Part shown: positions 17,485-26,450 of the stretch, piece by piece
Numbering within the stretch: position 1 is the first letter of the stretch
Layout of the letters: every line of letters begins with the position of its first letter
DNA from: a bacterium
GTDB taxonomy: Bacteria > Zhuqueibacterota > Zhuqueibacteria > Oceanimicrobiales > Oceanimicrobiaceae
Direction: 5' to 3'
DNA: 33,106 nucleotides
NCBI GenBank assembly: GCA_046758365.1
Contig: JBHIAC010000022.1
Location: forward strand, 1 to 33,106
Made by a program: the position numbers and the translations under genes
Notes under the pieces: model-generated
What the model was told of the DNA's origin: nothing
The model's input: only the letters and a program-made list of their open reading frames with translations
The model's database searches: none

Positions 17485-17718
17485 CTAACGCCTTAAACCT
17501 ACCTTACGACGCATCTCCTCGCTGGATATCCCGCTCTCTGCTTTTTGGCGTGCCCGCGACCTCTCAATGATTGATAAAAATTCTGGATTGTTACTCAAAG
17601 AAACAGTTTCCATATCGGCATTATCAATAGCCACAAGAGCTGGACGCCGTTTTGCCTGGGTTAGAGCTGAGAATGGAAACGGAATGACCACAACGTCACC
17701 TTTTACAAATCGTGCCAA
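17485..17718 (-). pseudogene. Chimeric ORF: PemK/MazF toxin N-terminus fused in frame to a Phd/YefM-like antitoxin C-terminus
   Basis: TTG start at 17718 after GAGGAGG. (M)ARFVKGDVVVIPFPFSALTQAKRRPALV is a MazF/PemK N-terminus. AIDNADMETVSLSNNPEFLSIIERSRARQKAESGISSEEMRR resembles a Phd-type antitoxin tail. Confidence 0.75.
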
Positions 17719-17898
17719 GCTTCGTCCTCCTCTGGTCTCAGCCAATCTTTTTTGAGTGAAGATTCGCTTGCTAGAGTGGTGTCGAATTTCTCCTGAATAC
17801 TCCTATTTTTAAGGAATCTGATAAAATCAATAACCTCCTTATAAATGTTCCTCAGGCACTTCTTCAAGTTCCTTTAAAATAATTTCTTTGGGACTCAT
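17703..17898 (-). pseudogene. Frameshifted DUF2281-like antitoxin (MazF partner)
   Basis: AGGAG RBS, then MSPKEIILKELEEVPEEHL*. A shifted frame continues KEVIDFIRFLKNRSIQEKFDTTLASESSLKKDWLRPEEDEAWHDL*, overlapping the mazF start. Confidence 0.8.
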
Positions 17899-18003
17899 TT
17901 TATAAAACTCCTACTTCTATATTATATTTAATGGTTCGCATCAGTCGAAATTTAAATAGAAAATCTGTGATTATCCGTCTAATTCGAGTGTCAATTTCTA
18001 ATA

Positions 18004-20073
18004 TTAACTAATTTTCGAGCCAGACGCAATCTCTTTATCCACGGTCACCAGACTCAAATTGCCCGAATCATCCTCTGCCGCCAGCAGCATTCCTTGCGAT
18101 TCAAGGCCGCGAATCTTTGCGGGTTGCAGATTAACCACAACAATAATAACTTTGCCCAACAAAGATTCTGGAGTATAGTATTCAGCAATTCCCGCGACAA
18201 TTTGTCTCTGCTCTTCCCCTAAGTCCACTTCCAGTCGCAACAGCTTATCGGCATTTTCCACCCGTTCTGCTTTTAGAATCTTTACAACTCGAAGGTCTAC
18301 CTTCTTAAATTCGTTGATTGAAATCAAATTGGCTTCTTCTTCTTGCACTTGCTTCTCCTTTTTAGAAGTCTCCTGAACTTCATGAGTTTGTGATGTGTTT
18401 TTTAATTTTTGGATTTCTTCTTCAATAATTTTGTCCTCAATTTTTGAAAATAATATCTTTGGTTTTTTCAGAGCATGTCCTGATTCAACGATGTTGTTAC
18501 CTGCCTGAAACCAATTTTGGTCCTGCACACTTCCCTTCAAATTTAAAAGCTGCCAAAGTTTTTCAGCGGTATACGGCATGAAGGGAGCCATCAATATGGC
18601 CAGCACTTTAGAAACTTGAATACAGATATTCAGCGTCGTACCGCATCTTTGATTATCTTCACGAACCGTGCGCCAGGGTTCTTGGTCGTTGATGTATTTA
18701 TTCGCATCTCGTGCCACATCCATAAATTCTTTTAGCGCATTTCTTACTTCAAATTTCTCCAGGGCGTCTCCGACTCTCTTCGGGGCTTCGGAAATTCGAT
18801 GAAGCATCCAGCGGTCCAAACTATCCAGTGAATTACGTTCAGGCACTCGATTGCCGAAATGCTTCTCAACAAAGGTTAAGGAGCGATTTACAAAATTACC
18901 CAAGATGCCAACCAATTCGCTGTTGTTCCGTGTTTGAAAATCTTTCCAGGAAAAATCAGAGTCTTTGGTTTCTGGTGCAATAGAAGCCAAACAGTACCTC
19001 AGAGGGTCGGGAGGAAATTTCTTCAAGTAGTCCTCTAACCAAATGGCATAATTTCGACTGGTGGAAATTTTCTGGGCTTCAATATTTAAATATTCATTGG
19101 CTGGTACATTAGCAGGCAGTACATACCCTTCCTTGGCCATTAAAATAGCTGGAAACATGATGGCATGGAATACGATATTGTCTTTGCCAATAAAATGGAT
19201 AAGGCGACAATTTTCATTTTGCCAATAATCTTTCCAGCGTTCTGGTTGACCGATTTGTTGAGCCCATTCTTTCGTTGAAGAAATATAGCCCAATACAGCC
19301 TCAAACCAAACATATATTACTTTGCCTTCCGCTTCTTTAAGGGGGACTTTTATGCCCCAAGTTAAATCCCGCGTGACCGCCCGATCAGCCAAACCCTCCT
19401 TAAACCAGCCGTAACAGTAGTTTTTTACGTTTTCTTTCCATTCTGGATGACTGTCAATATATTCCTTCAATTTATTTTGAAATTCACCCAGGGGGAAATA
19501 CCAATGAAATGTTTCTCGAATTACGGGCCTTTTACCTGAAATTTTGCTTTTGGGATTTAATAAATCGGTTTGATTTAAATACGTGCCACAATCCTCACAT
19601 TGGTCCCCCCTGGCCTCTTTATATTTACAAATCGGACAGGTACCTTCCACGTAACGGTCTGGCAAAAACATGCCAGCTTCTTCATCATAAAATTGCTTAT
19701 CCTTTTTCTTTTTGAGAATACCTTTTTGATGTAAATCGAGAAAGAATTCTTGCGCCGTTTTGTGATGAATGGGCCGTGAGGTTCTTGAATAATTATCAAA
19801 GCTCATGCCAAAGCGCTCAAAACTTGCTTGGTTTATTGTGTGAAATTTGTCTATAACTTTTTGCGGCGAGACCCCTTCTTGCTCAGCCCGGATAGTGATC
19901 GGGACTCCATGTTCATCAGACCCACAAATATATACGATGTCGCTACCCTTCAAACGCTGGTATCGAACGTAAATGTCAGCAGGAAGATAGGCCCCCGCCA
20001 GATGCCCTAAATGTAAGGGACCATTGGCATAGGGAAGCGCGCTGGTTACAAGAATTTTTTGATTCTTATTCAT
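18004..20073 (-). CDS. metG: Methionine--tRNA ligase with C-terminal tRNA-binding domain
   Basis: ALPYANGPLHLGH, CPIC...CEDC zinc knuckle, KISTS (KMSKS variant) and a C-terminal DLRV...SQGMLL OB domain. Confidence 0.97.
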   Translation of the reverse strand: MNKNQKILVTSALPYANGPLHLGHLAGAYLPADIYVRYQRLKGSDIVYICGSDEHGVPITIRAEQEGVSPQKVIDKFHTINQASFERFGMSFDNYSRTSRPIHHKTAQEFFLDLHQKGILKKKKDKQFYDEEAGMFLPDRYVEGTCPICKYKEARGDQCEDCGTYLNQTDLLNPKSKISGKRPVIRETFHWYFPLGEFQNKLKEYIDSHPEWKENVKNYCYGWFKEGLADRAVTRDLTWGIKVPLKEAEGKVIYVWFEAVLGYISSTKEWAQQIGQPERWKDYWQNENCRLIHFIGKDNIVFHAIMFPAILMAKEGYVLPANVPANEYLNIEAQKISTSRNYAIWLEDYLKKFPPDPLRYCLASIAPETKDSDFSWKDFQTRNNSELVGILGNFVNRSLTFVEKHFGNRVPERNSLDSLDRWMLHRISEAPKRVGDALEKFEVRNALKEFMDVARDANKYINDQEPWRTVREDNQRCGTTLNICIQVSKVLAILMAPFMPYTAEKLWQLLNLKGSVQDQNWFQAGNNIVESGHALKKPKILFSKIEDKIIEEEIQKLKNTSQTHEVQETSKKEKQVQEEEANLISINEFKKVDLRVVKILKAERVENADKLLRLEVDLGEEQRQIVAGIAEYYTPESLLGKVIIVVVNLQPAKIRGLESQGMLLAAEDDSGNLSLVTVDKEIASGSKIS

Positions 20074-20096
20074 TTCATTCTTAAAAATTACAATTA

Positions 20097-20954
20097 TTAT
20101 TTTGTTCTTTTGAAATTATCGTGAGAATGCTCACAGTCATTTTTACATTTATAATACTTTGATTTTACATACTCTAAAGGATATTTTTCTGTAGAATCAT
20201 CAGGATACTTTACTACAACTATCTCTTTGAAAATATTAATATTCGCGACAATTCCTTCTCCTCTCTCAGTAATAATAGGTTTTGCCAGCTCAGGATATTT
20301 GGCGATAGCTTGATTATAAAAATCGCGTTCATACATTAAACAGCATTTAAGACGACCACAAACGCCTGCCAGTTTAGAGGGATTCAATGGCAGATTCTGG
20401 TCCTTGGCGGCGCGTGTTGAAATGGGCGTGAATTCTTTTATCCAGGAAGAGCAGCACAGAGCCCGCCCACACACTCCATACCCACCCTTTCGTTTAGCCT
20501 CATCCCGTGCCCCAATTTGACGCATCTCTATGCGAGTTTTATAGACATTAGCTAAATCTTTAACCAATTCCCGAAAATCCACCCGCTTCTCGGAAGTAAA
20601 GTAAAATGTGATTTTCTTGCCATCAAATTGAAACTCACAATCCACCAATTTCATGTTGAGTTGGTGCGTTTGTAGTTTCAGTTTACATTTTGCAAGTGCT
20701 TCTTTTTCCTTAATGCGATTTTTTTCAAATTTTAATAAATCTTCTTTATTGGGCTTGCGAATGATTTTTTTTAATTTTACATCACCTGATTTTATACTAA
20801 GAAGAGGACTCACCTGATTGACTCGACCCAAATCCTCTCCCTTATCTGCCTGAACAATTGCATTATCACCCACCTTAAAAGGATATTGTTGGTGATTTGC
20901 ATAAAGTTCTCTTCGCTCACCTTTAAATTTTATTTCAATTATATTATTGTGCAC
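20097..20954 (-). CDS. ricT: PSP1-domain protein RicT/YaaT
   Basis: Motifs RVDFRELVKDLA, RQIGARDEA, GVCGRALCC and KLAGVCGRLKCCLMYE. GTG start. Confidence 0.92.
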   Translation of the reverse strand: MHNNIIEIKFKGERRELYANHQQYPFKVGDNAIVQADKGEDLGRVNQVSPLLSIKSGDVKLKKIIRKPNKEDLLKFEKNRIKEKEALAKCKLKLQTHQLNMKLVDCEFQFDGKKITFYFTSEKRVDFRELVKDLANVYKTRIEMRQIGARDEAKRKGGYGVCGRALCCSSWIKEFTPISTRAAKDQNLPLNPSKLAGVCGRLKCCLMYERDFYNQAIAKYPELAKPIITERGEGIVANINIFKEIVVVKYPDDSTEKYPLEYVKSKYYKCKNDCEHSHDNFKRTK

Positions 20955-20957
20955 GGA

Positions 20958-22043
20958 CTATCTCCTAACATAATTCCTTAATTTACTCAGTAAGACTATT
21001 AAAATTAAATTTAATTGCACATTTCGATCTATTAACTCCAAAGATTTTTCTATTTCTTGGACAGCGCTGTATAAGTCAGCATTAGGGAATTTATTTGTAA
21101 ACTTTTTTAAAACATCTACTTGATCAAAATTAACCAACCTGTCTGTATGATCTCCTTCAGTCTTTAGAAATACCATTACATCTCGAAACCAGTTTGTCAA
21201 TAAAATCAAAATATCTTTAATTTTTTTTGAATCCTGCTGCATGGAATGTAAAAAATCTTCTACAAAAATAATTTGTTTGAAATCGCTCTGGATACTTTTT
21301 CTGAAAAACTCAAGAGCCTGATCTCTAAGTTCCTGAAGATGCTCATCCAAAAGTTCCAAGGCTTGGCGGTAGCTTCCTGCCGCCAAACGTGCTGACAGAC
21401 GAGCTTGGTTAGCCTTGACACTATTTCTTTCTATCAATGCCTTTTCTATTTCCTCTACAGTCAAAGGATCAAATTTTATTAATTGACATCGAGAGGTAAT
21501 GGTTGGCAGAAGTAGGTTTGCCCTTGAAGAGATTAATAATAAATACATTTTCTGTGGTGGTTCTTCTAAAATTTTCAAAAGAGCATTGGAAGCTTCGAGA
21601 GTCATTCTTTCAGCATCGACGATAATAATCACTCTCCCTTTATCTTCTAATGATTTGAATGCAGAAGCGCGGCGAATCTCCCGAATCTGTTCAATAGAAA
21701 TAGATGGATTAGCCCATATTTCTTTCCGTTGGTACGGGTTGGTTGCGATGCTTTTCAGAATTCTTTTTCGTTCATCTTCTGTCACTTTAGTGGGAGCCGG
21801 AAATATGAACCGTAGGTCTGGATGGCTCAGCTTGGCAACCCTAAGACAGTCAGAACATGCTTGGCACGGTTTTGAAGTATTGTTTGAACAGAATAAGGCC
21901 TTAGCCAATTCCAGGGCCGTGGCCTCTTTTCCCACGCCGCGATCCCCAACCATCAAATAAGCATGTGAAATCCGACCTCTCTCCAACGCCTTTTGGAAAA
22001 ATAATTTTACTCGATGTTGTCCTATTATTTTATTGAATGGCAT
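20958..22043 (-). CDS. holB: DNA polymerase III subunit delta'
   Basis: HAYL..G.RGVGK, C..C..C zinc motif, HPDL, SNALLKILEEPP and TITSRC. Confidence 0.94.
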   Translation of the reverse strand: MPFNKIIGQHRVKLFFQKALERGRISHAYLMVGDRGVGKEATALELAKALFCSNNTSKPCQACSDCLRVAKLSHPDLRFIFPAPTKVTEDERKRILKSIATNPYQRKEIWANPSISIEQIREIRRASAFKSLEDKGRVIIIVDAERMTLEASNALLKILEEPPQKMYLLLISSRANLLLPTITSRCQLIKFDPLTVEEIEKALIERNSVKANQARLSARLAAGSYRQALELLDEHLQELRDQALEFFRKSIQSDFKQIIFVEDFLHSMQQDSKKIKDILILLTNWFRDVMVFLKTEGDHTDRLVNFDQVDVLKKFTNKFPNADLYSAVQEIEKSLELIDRNVQLNLILIVLLSKLRNYVRR

Positions 22044-22066
22044 TTTATTCCACTAAAGCCACAGAA

Positions 22067-23227
22067 TTATTGCACCAGCCAAAGCTCAGGATTAAGGTTT
22101 TGAGTTCCTTTCCAAATTTCAAAATGAAGGAGTGGCCCCCTTAAGGACCCTGATTCCCCTACGGTACCGATGACCTGCCTCATGTCAACCTCTTCTAACA
22201 AATTAACTAAAATTTTCTCTAAATGCGTATACACGGTGTAATATCCACCGTAGTGACTGACTATAATAATATTACCCCGTCCCCGCTGCCAAGTAATTGC
22301 TGTGACTCTCCCACTCGCTACAACTTGAACTGGACTACCAGCAGGAGCCTGAATATCTATTCCAATGTTTTTAGTTACGGTTTTCAAGTTGGGGTGTGTG
22401 TATTTGCCAAATCTGGTAATAATATTTCCTTGAGTGGGCCAGATCATTTGATTCTTCAATTCTGAAAATGGAATCGATGGTCTTAAAAGTGGGGTCTGGC
22501 TTGGCGTTTCTTCCAGTTTCAAAATCAATTTTCTAATTTCATCCGCGGCTCTTTCTTTTTCTGTTAACTGCTGACGAAGCAAGTCCGTATTCCTGCGAAT
22601 AGACTGAAGAAACTTTTGACGTTCAGCTTTTTTAGCTTTTAATTTTTTTTCTTCCTTTAATTTTTCATCAAGTAATTTCCGTTTCTCTTCTAATTCTATC
22701 GTACGCAAATCTTTATCACGAGCAATTTTGGCTTGCTTTTCTTTGATTTTTAAATAGTTACGATAATCATGCTGTGACAGACGTTTTTGATATTCAAGCC
22801 ACAACAGCCCTTGGTTCACTGAACCTGCAGTCAGCAAAAGTTCAATATCCTTCAAACGTCCATATTTGTAAAAATAAACAAGCCGCTTGCCAAAAAATTC
22901 CTTTAACCGTTGAAGTTCTTCTTGTGTTGATTTGAGTTTCTTTTCTATTTTTAGAATTTGATTGGCTTTTTTCTTTCCCTCCCTTTTTAAATTTTGAATT
23001 AAACTTTGAGTTAAATCTATTTCTAAATCTAAATTTGCCAGGAAATGGAGAACGGAGGTTTCCTTTTTTTCACTAACGGCAATCTTCCTTTCAACAGCAC
23101 GGATTTCTTCCCGAATTTTTCTAAGTCTTTCGTGGTGTCTCTCAATCTTATTTTGCCCATTGGTTGTGTGTATGGTAAAAATAAAACAACCTACAAATAA
23201 AAATAAGAATAATAATTTAGAAAACAT
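22067..23227 (-). CDS. EnvC-like murein hydrolase activator (coiled coil plus M23 domain)
   Basis: Signal peptide, long coiled coil, and NIGIDI...YTHL...LHFEI M23 domain with a degenerate HxxxD (N replaces H). Confidence 0.88.
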   Translation of the reverse strand: MFSKLLFLFLFVGCFIFTIHTTNGQNKIERHHERLRKIREEIRAVERKIAVSEKKETSVLHFLANLDLEIDLTQSLIQNLKREGKKKANQILKIEKKLKSTQEELQRLKEFFGKRLVYFYKYGRLKDIELLLTAGSVNQGLLWLEYQKRLSQHDYRNYLKIKEKQAKIARDKDLRTIELEEKRKLLDEKLKEEKKLKAKKAERQKFLQSIRRNTDLLRQQLTEKERAADEIRKLILKLEETPSQTPLLRPSIPFSELKNQMIWPTQGNIITRFGKYTHPNLKTVTKNIGIDIQAPAGSPVQVVASGRVTAITWQRGRGNIIIVSHYGGYYTVYTHLEKILVNLLEEVDMRQVIGTVGESGSLRGPLLHFEIWKGTQNLNPELWLVQ

Positions 23228-23340
23228 AAATAAAAATAACAGAATTATGTATTAAAATCAATAAAAAAATCCCAAAGCTTTTCAGAACCTTAAATAGAAA
23301 CTATTATCTTGAAAGTTTATTAAAAGATTCTATATTATCT

Positions 23341-23414
23341 TAGCGCGGCAAAGCCGCAAGTAGAATCACCGTGAATTTAGGCTCGATTCAATAAAGTCCG
23401 AAATACTTCGGACT
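23341..23414. repeat. Two small hairpin elements (GCGGC-AAA-GCCGC; AGTCCGAA-ATAC-TTCGGACT)
   Basis: TAGCGCGGCAAAGCCGCAA at 23341 is 17/19 identical to 27230-27248. A perfect 8-bp stem lies at 23395-23414. Confidence 0.55.
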
Positions 23415-23584
23415 AAAGGAGAAACGGATTGTTCTATTGTTCTACTGTTGGCCTTGACTAACAATGCAACAATCCCAATATATTATTCCAGGATAAATAA
23501 AATTTCTTTGTCAAAAAAACAAAGATATGATGGGTAATACTAGATAACTGACATATTTTATCATAACTCTCAACCAAAACCTGC

Positions 23585-24862
23585 ATGAAAACAAATCGCA
23601 TCCTCACTTGGCAACTCACTTTAAATTGGATTACCAGAATTTTATTCTTTTCCAGTCTATCAGCCTTACTGCCTACTCTACCTGTATACTTGGAAAATAT
23701 TGGTGGAGACAAATCTCAAATAGGAATTGTTATGAGTGCCTTCGCTTTAGGTGTGCTTCTTTTTAGGCCTTTGGTGGGTAAACAGATTGATACAGTAGGA
23801 CGAAAAATTATTTTACTTTTAGGTGTTTTAATTTTTATAATTTCTCCAATTCTCTATATTTTTATAAAATCCATTGTCACACTAATCCCAGTTCGTATTT
23901 TTCATGGTTTAGGGTTGGCAGCTTTTGGAACAGCTTCAATTACATTAATTACTGACGCAGCGCCTATTCCGAAACGCGGTGAAGTCATCAGTTACACGGG
24001 TGTGGTGAACACAGTAGCTTTTTCAGGAGGTCCGGTTTTGGGTAGTTTGATACAAGAAATATGGGGTGATACCGTTTTGTTTGGATTTGTTTCAATCTTA
24101 TCATTTACCTGTTTTTTAATTTCGCTTCTGCTCAAAGAGACTAAATCTCATATAATTTCCAAAAACAAAATTAGTTACCTTCAAGCAATCTTTAAGCGGC
24201 GGATTTTAGTTTCCTTTTTTATAATATTATTAACAGCTATGACTCATGGTGGGGTCATGTTCTTTTTGCCTATTTTTCTTAAAGAAAGAGTTAACATTAA
24301 TATTGGCATATTCTTTGCGATTTATGGTACTTCTGCCCTATTGATTCGCTTCATAATAGGACGAGTCTCTGACCAATGGGGTCGTGGGCCAGTATTAGTT
24401 TTCGCTTTAATTTGTTTGACATCCGGAGTGCTGGTTTTAAGTCAATTAGTTGGAATTGGTATGATGATTCTTTCAGCAGTCCTTTACGGGATAGGTTTTG
24501 GGTCACATCAACCCACGCTTTCCGCGCTGGTGGCTGACAACACAACAGAAAAAACTCGTGGGAAAATTTTTTCTTTTTATTATGGTGGATTTGATTTGGG
24601 AATTTCCTTTGCAGGAATTATTTTGGGCACTATTGCAGAACATTATAGTATTAAGAACATGTTTGTTTTCTGTAGTGGGCTTACTTTCAGCGCATTGGTA
24701 ATATACATAACTCTCATCGAAAGTAATTTCAGCAATTCGATTCGTTGTGCTTTTTCTCTCCAAAAATCAGGTAAACAATGCTACGTTTGCGATCAATTTA
24801 TGGAAGTACCACCAGAAAAAGCCGAAGAGTTTGTCATACAAAAAAACAATAAAATTGTCTAA
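23585..24862 (+). CDS. MFS transporter with Cys-containing C-terminal tail
   Basis: About 12 hydrophobic segments, with MFS motif A in both halves (GKQIDTVGRK, GRVSDQWGRG). Confidence 0.92.
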   Translation: MKTNRILTWQLTLNWITRILFFSSLSALLPTLPVYLENIGGDKSQIGIVMSAFALGVLLFRPLVGKQIDTVGRKIILLLGVLIFIISPILYIFIKSIVTLIPVRIFHGLGLAAFGTASITLITDAAPIPKRGEVISYTGVVNTVAFSGGPVLGSLIQEIWGDTVLFGFVSILSFTCFLISLLLKETKSHIISKNKISYLQAIFKRRILVSFFIILLTAMTHGGVMFFLPIFLKERVNINIGIFFAIYGTSALLIRFIIGRVSDQWGRGPVLVFALICLTSGVLVLSQLVGIGMMILSAVLYGIGFGSHQPTLSALVADNTTEKTRGKIFSFYYGGFDLGISFAGIILGTIAEHYSIKNMFVFCSGLTFSALVIYITLIESNFSNSIRCAFSLQKSGKQCYVCDQFMEVPPEKAEEFVIQKNNKIV

Positions 24863-25045
24863 GTATTCCATATTTGAATGACACATGAATTATAAGCTGC
24901 GAGAATCACTTAATCTACATGAGGGAAAATTCTGAAATTTAAAATCATCTATAAAAATTATGGCTACTCCATGCCATGGTTTCAATGACAATTTGATCAC
25001 CAGAATCAAAGTCTATTTAATTGTCTTAACTATTAGCAAGCTATC

Positions 25046-25249
25046 ATGTTTCCTAATTTCCAAATTGGACCTGAGACTTTAAAATTTTTCCAAATAGCTT
25101 ACGAATTTCAAATGCAGGGAAAATTAGATAAGGCGGTGATTTATTACAAAAAATCCCTTGAAATTGAGCCTACTGCCGAAGCTTACACCCTTTTAGGTTG
25201 GACATATAGTTTTATGGGTAAGTTGGATTTTTTTGATTGGCTTCCATAG
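25046..25249 (+). pseudogene. Truncated tetratricopeptide repeat protein
   Basis: AYEFQMQGKLDKAVIYYKKSLEIEPTAEAYTLLGWTYSFMGKLD is about 1.5 TPR units, followed by an abrupt unrelated tail and stop. Confidence 0.65.
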
Positions 25250-25435
25250 ACACCATACCCAAAAATTTTAACTCTTGAAAAATGCCATCTACTAACTCTT
25301 TTTGAGTTTTATTCATAAATAATTCAAAATTTGGATTATTAAGTAGCGGCTCTTTAATCATTTAATTCTTTGTGTACTTAATAAATTCTTCGTAATCTTT
25401 GTGTTTAAAGTTATCGGGAATCTACATTATTTATA

Positions 25436-26419
25436 ATGAAAGCTATCGTCATTACCAAACCCGGAGATCCCAGCGTTTTACAACTGCAAGAAGTTGATGA
25501 TCCGAAACCATCTTTTGAGGAAATCTTAGTAAACGTCCGTGCCACGGCCCTCAACCGGGCGGACCTTCTGCAAAGGCGGGGCCGCTATCCTCCACCCCCG
25601 AGTGTGCGGGAAAATATCCCGGGATTGGAATTTGCTGGCGAAGTGGAAGTCGTGGGAAAAAAGGTTACGGCCTTCAAACCTGGTGCTCGGGTCATGGGAC
25701 TTCTCGCCGGCGAAGGGTACGCTGAAAAAGTAGTTACACACGAACGAATGGTCATGCCTATTCCAAATAAATTAAATTTTATTGAAGCAGCCTCCATTCC
25801 AGAGGTGTTTATGACCGCCTACGACGCTCTTTTTTTGCAACTTGGTTTAAGTTTGGGCGAGCGGCTTCTCATTCATGCCGTAGGCAGCGGCGTTGGGATT
25901 GCCGCCCTGCAATTGGCCAAAGTAGTTGGGGCTACCGTTTTTGGCACCACAGGCTCCAAAAAAAAGTTAGCTAAAGCCAAAAGCCTGGGTTTGGATTTTG
26001 GTATTAATTACAAAACCCAGAACTTTCAGAAAATCGTTTTGGCAGAAACCCAAAGACAAGGCGTTCATGCTATCCTCGATGTGGTCGGAGCTGACTACTG
26101 GGGAAGGAATTTAACCTGTCTGGCTCCTAAAGGTCGAATGATTTTGGTTGGACTTTTGAGCGGCGCAAGAGTAGAAGCAAATCTCACAACTATTTTGCTA
26201 AAAAGACTCCGAATTATAGGAACCGTTTTGCGAGCCAGACCTTTAGAAGAAAAAATTGCTTTGACCCAAGCCTTTCAAAAACATGTGCTCCCTTTGTTCA
26301 AATTAGGTAAAATTAAACCGGTCATTGACCAAACCTTCCCCCTCGAAGAAGCCACCCAAGCCCATGCTTACATGGAAGCCAATAAAAATTTTGGCAAGAT
26401 TATTTTGCAGGTTTCTTAA
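25436..26419 (+). CDS. NAD(P)H-quinone oxidoreductase, PIG3/Qor family
   Basis: Motifs LNRADLLQRRGRYP, PGLEFAG, AASIPEVFMTAY, HAVGSGVG and NKNFGKIIL. Confidence 0.93.
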   Translation: MKAIVITKPGDPSVLQLQEVDDPKPSFEEILVNVRATALNRADLLQRRGRYPPPPSVRENIPGLEFAGEVEVVGKKVTAFKPGARVMGLLAGEGYAEKVVTHERMVMPIPNKLNFIEAASIPEVFMTAYDALFLQLGLSLGERLLIHAVGSGVGIAALQLAKVVGATVFGTTGSKKKLAKAKSLGLDFGINYKTQNFQKIVLAETQRQGVHAILDVVGADYWGRNLTCLAPKGRMILVGLLSGARVEANLTTILLKRLRIIGTVLRARPLEEKIALTQAFQKHVLPLFKLGKIKPVIDQTFPLEEATQAHAYMEANKNFGKIILQVS

Positions 26420-26450
26420 ATATGAAACCACAGATTTTCACGGATTATAA

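Noticed and set aside
16432..17538. CRISPR array or type III TA (ToxI-like) repeat array
   Set aside because: Only two long copies are present, separated by genes. There are no regularly spaced short repeats and no cas or toxN-like gene.
16432..17538. Classical integron attC sites
   Set aside because: The TTCTAAC matches are just the antitoxin stop codon region. No paired RYYYAAC...GTTRRRY ends bound the hairpins, and there is no intI.
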